A stretch of 64,000 bases of DNA from a virus. A model generated the notes under the pieces. It was given only the letters and a program-made list of their open reading frames with translations. It was not told where the DNA came from and made no database searches. The position numbers and the translations under genes were made by a program. Positions 60,131 to 64,000 of this stretch are shown piece by piece; within the stretch, counting starts at the first letter, position 1; each line of letters begins with the position of its first letter. The DNA is taken from IMG/VR virus record IMGVR_UViG_3300005538_000001. One strand, 5' to 3'.

Positions 60131-60373
60131 TCACCTCCCCGACCACGCCGATGCGTCGTAATCAGCATAAACCTGATTGCCCGCTCCCGCCTTCGCTTCG
60201 AGGTACAGATATGCGATGCCGATATGGTTGAGCCCGGATATCTCCTCGATCACCTGCGCGAGGATTTCGGGCCGCGTGTCCCAATTGTAGCGGGTGCGCA
60301 GGACGTGCTCGGCCATCAGCTTGCGGTCGCCCTCATTACGGTAGTTGGTGAAGAGGGCTGTCGGGTGATCCAT
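60131..60373 (-). CDS. hypothetical protein
   Basis: 80-aa ORF adjacent to its neighbours. Confidence 0.45.
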   Translation of the reverse strand: MDHPTALFTNYRNEGDRKLMAEHVLRTRYNWDTRPEILAQVIEEISGLNHIGIAYLYLEAKAGAGNQVYADYDASAWSGR

Positions 60374-60376
60374 CAG

Positions 60377-60598
60377 TTACACCAGCAACCCCTTGGCTTT
60401 GGTGCGAGCATCCCTCGCCTTCTGGTTCTTGTTTTCTACGGACCATGGCTTGCCATACTGGCACTCGAAACAACATCCATTCGATGTATAGCGCGGGGAT
60501 AAATGCGCGCGGGTACACGGTCCTGGCCAGAACCACTTGCTGCCTACTTGGCGAGCATCTTCTCTAGAACGGGGGATTGCCTGTAAGTGCTCAAGCAT
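60377..60598 (-). CDS. small zinc-finger-like protein
   Basis: 73 aa. WFWPGPCTRAHLSPRYTSNGCCFECQ is a C..H...C..C pattern recurrent in alphaproteobacterial phages. Confidence 0.45.
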   Translation of the reverse strand: MLEHLQAIPRSREDARQVGSKWFWPGPCTRAHLSPRYTSNGCCFECQYGKPWSVENKNQKARDARTKAKGLLV

Positions 60599-60607
60599 TC
60601 AAGCATT

Positions 60608-62125
60608 TTACACTCTTTCAAAGAGTTTGCCAAATGGATCGTAATCAACCTGATGCTGCGTCTTCTTGCCCAAGCGGCTGCGATGGTCCGTCGGTGCCAC
60701 GAGATAGGCAAACGTCAGCGCCAGCGCATCCGCATCGTCAGGCGAGGACAGACCGCGTTTCTTCATGTCCTCTTTCTTCTCCAGAATGATCACGTCCTTC
60801 GCGTTGCGGAGCACGTATCCGTATTCGATCCCGGTCAGGTCTGCACGAAGCTCCGCGTCCGCATCGATCATCCCGCCCGCAAGCCAGTCGCGCATCGCTC
60901 CCCACATCTCGGCGCGTTTGTTGGCATAACCGACTGCACCTTTGTCGCCGATCATCGATCGATCCGGGCTCGCGCCGAACTGAATGCCCTGCACTGGCAA
61001 CTGGAGTTGCCGGCAACGGTCCACGACGCCCGCGCCCGTACCGCCTTCGTCGATGAAAATCGCGTCTGGCTGGTAATGTTCGTTAATCTCCGCGATCCGA
61101 GCCGCGAGCTGCATGTTATCAAGCCCCCGGAATTTCATCGGGGCGATCGTCCGCGCATCACGCCCGCGCCTGAACCTGATGACCGATTTGTCGTCCCCGA
61201 ACCGCGCGACGTCAACGCCGACGGTCAGCGGATCGTAGATCGTCACCTGCGGATCGCGCTGCGGCGAAGCGGCGCCGTCAACCAAATCCTCCGCGATGAA
61301 CTGCGTCGATCCCGACCGGGGAAACTGCGACGTCACCCGGACCCGGACGAAATCCGAATCGATGCCGTAGCTGTCAATCCACTCCTCGATCTGCTTCTTG
61401 TCCGACATCCGCGCCGTGCGGGTGTCGATGTGCCAGGATTTCCACAGGTGCGAGTTTGAGCCGCCGGCAAAGAACGTGCGGAACTGCGTGGTTGTCCGTG
61501 TGGGATTCCCCAGGCACAGCCAGATGATCTCAGTGTCCTCGGCGCCGGCCAGAATGCCCTCGGCCTCGCGGTAGATCGCGGTTGCTATCGCCGCCGCCTC
61601 GTCGAAAGCGTAGATAATCCTCCTGCCCGCGTTATGGAACCCAGCGAACGCTTCGGGCCGGTGCTCGTCCCACGTCAGCGCGTCGAAGCGCCAGCTGTCC
61701 TTCCTTGCGTCCTCGACGGAGCGGATTCGCCTATCGCCGATCTCGAACCAACGAGCCCACAGCGACATGCTAAACCATTTGGTCATCTCCGGCCACGTCG
61801 CGGTCGAAAGCTGCGGCCCGGTGTTGGCCGTGACGCGGCCTCTGCAATCCGTGCAGGTCGCCATGCCCCAGTGCGCGATCCAACTCATCAGCGCCGATTT
61901 GCCGGGGCCGACGCCTCCCGCGATGGCTATGCGCAGCGGATTGCCGGGCCGCACGTTCTCCCCGATGTAGCCGAGAATGTCGGTCTGCCAGTTGTCGGGA
62001 CCTGGATGGCGCTCGAGCGGTCCCGGCTCCTGCCACGGATAGGCCAGACGTGTGAACGTAAGCGGATCACGCCGGTTCTCCGCGGCGGTGCGGACGAGGC
62101 GGTCTTCGATGGATTCTTCATGCAT
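60608..62125 (-). CDS. terL: terminase large subunit
   Basis: Walker A AIAGGVGPGKSALMS, an ATPase core and a C-terminal nuclease-like half. Start trimmed to ATG 62125 (ATGCATGA overlap with the upstream stop). The supplied ORF extends to 62200. Confidence 0.8.
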   Translation of the reverse strand: MHEESIEDRLVRTAAENRRDPLTFTRLAYPWQEPGPLERHPGPDNWQTDILGYIGENVRPGNPLRIAIAGGVGPGKSALMSWIAHWGMATCTDCRGRVTANTGPQLSTATWPEMTKWFSMSLWARWFEIGDRRIRSVEDARKDSWRFDALTWDEHRPEAFAGFHNAGRRIIYAFDEAAAIATAIYREAEGILAGAEDTEIIWLCLGNPTRTTTQFRTFFAGGSNSHLWKSWHIDTRTARMSDKKQIEEWIDSYGIDSDFVRVRVTSQFPRSGSTQFIAEDLVDGAASPQRDPQVTIYDPLTVGVDVARFGDDKSVIRFRRGRDARTIAPMKFRGLDNMQLAARIAEINEHYQPDAIFIDEGGTGAGVVDRCRQLQLPVQGIQFGASPDRSMIGDKGAVGYANKRAEMWGAMRDWLAGGMIDADAELRADLTGIEYGYVLRNAKDVIILEKKEDMKKRGLSSPDDADALALTFAYLVAPTDHRSRLGKKTQHQVDYDPFGKLFERV

Positions 62126-62399
62126 ATTGGGTGAGATTGGCACCACGGTAGTAGACTCTCCACTGTAAATCACGGGGCAGATTAATCCGAACTCGATCAA
62201 TTCCGGTATCTGCCGGGTGGTTCGGCCACGATGGATCGCGCTCTATGCGGTGCTCCAACATCTTAGCCCAATCGTCCAACGTCAGAAACCGCAACCCGGG
62301 CTCAATCGCCTTGACGGGCATCAAACTCGATGCCTTGACGATGGCCGGCGCCGCTATCAGCAGCCCCAACGAGCCGATCAATTCTCTCCGGCCAATCAT
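62118..62399 (-). CDS. small protein with twin-arginine (Tat)-type signal peptide
   Basis: 93 aa. MIGRRELIGSLGLLIAAPAIVKA|SS. Confidence 0.5.
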   Translation of the reverse strand: MIGRRELIGSLGLLIAAPAIVKASSLMPVKAIEPGLRFLTLDDWAKMLEHRIERDPSWPNHPADTGIDRVRINLPRDLQWRVYYRGANLTQYA

Positions 62400-62995
62400 C
62401 GCCCCTGCGTCCCCACAAGCCCGAAATGCCGCATGTTGTCTCGCATGACGTTGCCAACGCCATCCCCGGAACTGTTGCCGCCCGCCACATCGGGGTTGAC
62501 ACCCACCGGCCGCGTCATGCTGCCCGCGCTGAATGCACCCATGTTGGGACGGGCCACCGCTTGCCGGCGCTGCGCGGGCCGCTGGTAGCGCAGACCGCGG
62601 CCCCCGAAGCGGTCGAAGGGGTCGAACGCCGGCACAGCCACGGGGGCTCTCTGCGTCGTCCTGACGGCATCGTCGAGGATCGAGGGGCCGGCGGCCATCA
62701 GGTCGTCGAGGGATCCTTCGTCGGTCGGGTCGGCTGCCGGCTCGGGAAGCGGCGTGCCGTCTGGCTCATCTGGGTCGGGATCGCGCGCAAGTTCTGGATA
62801 GATGGTCCGCAATCGTGGTGCCGGCTCTTGGTATACCTCAGCCTGCTGCACGATTGTGCCCGGCCCGATCCGCTGCCGGATCATCATCCGTACCAGGTTT
62901 TCCGGATCACATCCAAGCCGGTCGGATTCAGCTGCGAGCCATGCCTGATCGTCGGCGGAGAGACCGCGGATCGTGAGGCGGTCAGGTTTGGTCAT
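62396..62995 (-). CDS. hypothetical protein, acidic/Pro-rich centre
   Basis: 199-aa ORF with 4-nt overlaps at both ends. Confidence 0.5.
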   Translation of the reverse strand: MTKPDRLTIRGLSADDQAWLAAESDRLGCDPENLVRMMIRQRIGPGTIVQQAEVYQEPAPRLRTIYPELARDPDPDEPDGTPLPEPAADPTDEGSLDDLMAAGPSILDDAVRTTQRAPVAVPAFDPFDRFGGRGLRYQRPAQRRQAVARPNMGAFSAGSMTRPVGVNPDVAGGNSSGDGVGNVMRDNMRHFGLVGTQGR

Positions 62996-63510
62996 CCGGA
63001 TTGCTCCGTGAGCTTGGCTATGGCGCGGTCAAGGCGCTCACCCAGGCTGATCGGGCCGCCGTCCTTGCCGGTCAGCTCATGCTCCTGCCGGTCGCGCCAT
63101 TCCGCCCGGCGGCGGTTCTTGAGCCAGATGAAAGCTGCCGCGGTGTCGGGAGGGAGGTGCTCGCGGTAGGGCACAACGACCGGCTTGCCGCCTTCCCTTT
63201 TCGGCGGGAATATTTTCACTGCGTCGTAGGTATAGCCGAGGCCCCGGTGAGCCAAGCTGCGTTCCATTCGATCGTCGAACGCCTCTTTGCCGAGCTTTAG
63301 GACCCCCAAAAATTGCGGATGCCGCACCGCCCAGTTGCCGATCGTGTTGATCGAAACGCCGAAAAAATCGGCCATCTCCACATCGGTCGCGCCGAGCTTG
63401 CAGAGCTTCTCTGCTTGCTCGACGTATTCCGGCCGGAAGGCGCTTGGGCGACCGCGGCCGCGCTTCGGCTGCGCCGGTTGCGGAGACGGTTTCTTGCGGG
63501 CTGCCATCAT
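62992..63510 (-). CDS. terS: terminase small subunit (HTH type)
   Basis: Trimmed to ATG 63510 (MMAARKKPSPQP...). RPSAFRPEYVEQAEKLCKLGATDVEMADFFGVSINTIGNWAVRHPQF is a typical terS N-terminal HTH. Confidence 0.65.
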   Translation of the reverse strand: MMAARKKPSPQPAQPKRGRGRPSAFRPEYVEQAEKLCKLGATDVEMADFFGVSINTIGNWAVRHPQFLGVLKLGKEAFDDRMERSLAHRGLGYTYDAVKIFPPKREGGKPVVVPYREHLPPDTAAAFIWLKNRRRAEWRDRQEHELTGKDGGPISLGERLDRAIAKLTEQSG

Positions 63511-63563
63511 TTCTGCTCGGTAGGCGTGGCAACACTGACTCCGGCAACGGCCATCAAAGGGTA

Positions 63564-63618
63564 CTGGCCGGATTTGAGCCAAGTGGCCGGTTTTGGGGGA
63601 ATGCGGTGGCCGGTTTTG
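63564..63618. promoter_or_regulatory. three direct repeats (G/C)TGGCCGG(T/A)TTTG upstream of terS
   Basis: Copies at 63564-63576 (11/13 match), 63583-63595 and 63606-63618. Start-to-start spacing is 19 and 23 bp. Confidence 0.5.
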
Positions 63619-63642
63619 ATTTGAAAGGAATCCCGCGTGATC

Positions 63643-63987
63643 TTAGCGCCTCCCAATGGCGGCGATGACGAGCGGCAGTGTCCCGGCGCTAGGCTGGCTC
63701 CATCCCATCGGATGACCAGTTGCCGCCATCGCTTCAATTGCCTGCAGGACGTCTGGATTAAGGTTCCTCTGAGACTGATAACCGTCTGCCGATCGGTAAT
63801 ACTTCGCCCTGCGATCATATTCGATCGCGCTGGGGTAGAGGCATAGGAAGCGGGAAATATCCGCGCTTGCCTGCGGCATCGACACGCCGAATACGGCCAT
63901 GATGTCGCCGCGACGCAACGTTCCGGCCGTCAACATCCGATAATCGATGTAATCGAGCCTACGCTCGGAGCCCCAATCTCTTGCCAT
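63643..63987 (-). CDS. HTH transcriptional regulator (candidate late-gene regulator)
   Basis: 114 aa. RRLDYIDYRMLTAGTLRRGDIMAVFGVSMPQASADISRFLCLYPSAIEYDRRAKYY resembles the N-terminal wHTH of WYL/PafBC-type regulators, but no WYL domain follows. Confidence 0.45.
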   Translation of the reverse strand: MARDWGSERRLDYIDYRMLTAGTLRRGDIMAVFGVSMPQASADISRFLCLYPSAIEYDRRAKYYRSADGYQSQRNLNPDVLQAIEAMAATGHPMGWSQPSAGTLPLVIAAIGRR

Positions 63988-64000
63988 GGATAAAGCTATA

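Noticed and set aside
63511-63582. The N-terminal 24 codons of supplied terS ORF 62992..63582 (MAQIRPVPFDGRCRSQCCHAYRAE).
   Set aside because: They are not terS-like and overlap the direct-repeat region. The double ATG at 63510/63507, followed by a Lys/Pro-rich terS-type N-terminus, is more plausible, though its SD is weak.

Overview
The whole 64-kb window is high-GC temperate-phage DNA of an alphaproteobacterial type (GC not computed). I saw no clear host housekeeping genes. All family calls come from reading motifs in the supplied translations, with no database search, so treat them as hypotheses graded by confidence.

Layout:
- 1-17555 is a lambda-like early region. A cro-like gene at 8998 starts a minus-strand operon running to position 1: a cII-position ORF, GcrA-like, DnaA-domain-IV-like, GapR/DUF2312, RusA, a helicase gene disrupted by a low-GC insert carrying an IS1595 remnant, a CoiA-like nuclease, DUF1376, a zinc-finger ORF plus TOPRIM-DnaB-type primase-helicase, and an HNH ORF.
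- A cI-like XRE repressor at 9094 starts the plus-strand arm: about 12 small translationally coupled ORFs, a YqaJ-type exonuclease, RecT, excisionase and a tyrosine integrase.
- Four 17-bp palindromic operators (TGTGCACC-N4-5-GCACA) sit at the two early promoters.
- The integrase 3-prime end contains a 45-nt tRNA-Lys(CUU) 3-prime half at 17511-17555, which is the att core.
- 17556-18900 is a small accessory region with an RHH regulator and a triple operator.
- 18665-63510 is one long minus-strand late operon. In transcription order it carries terS, a Tat-signal ORF, terL, small ORFs, repeat arrays, a podovirus-type portal, scaffold, major capsid, head and tail accessory genes, a glycosyltransferase, adaptor/nozzle-like proteins, ejection proteins (a lambda-R-type lytic transglycosylase protein and a 2024-aa giant with an HExxH motif), two beta-helix tailspikes with other fibre-like proteins, an endolysin, and membrane (holin/spanin-like) proteins.
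- Two HNH genes sit antisense inside the late operon.

Points worth a second look:
- Phage genes lie on both sides of an unsplit att core. This means either a non-integrated, circularly closing genome or tandem lysogens.
- At least nine late-region proteins, including bona fide tail-fibre and tailspike modules, carry Sec- or Tat-type signal peptides.
- GcrA, DnaA-DBD and GapR form one block.
- GC-rich repeat arrays and a C10A6 tract bracket a 178-aa ORF next to the portal.
- A (Cys-Ser-X)17 protein is encoded by a 9-bp tandem repeat.
- The primase is split.
- The capsid gene's conserved-looking N-terminus has no canonical start codon.
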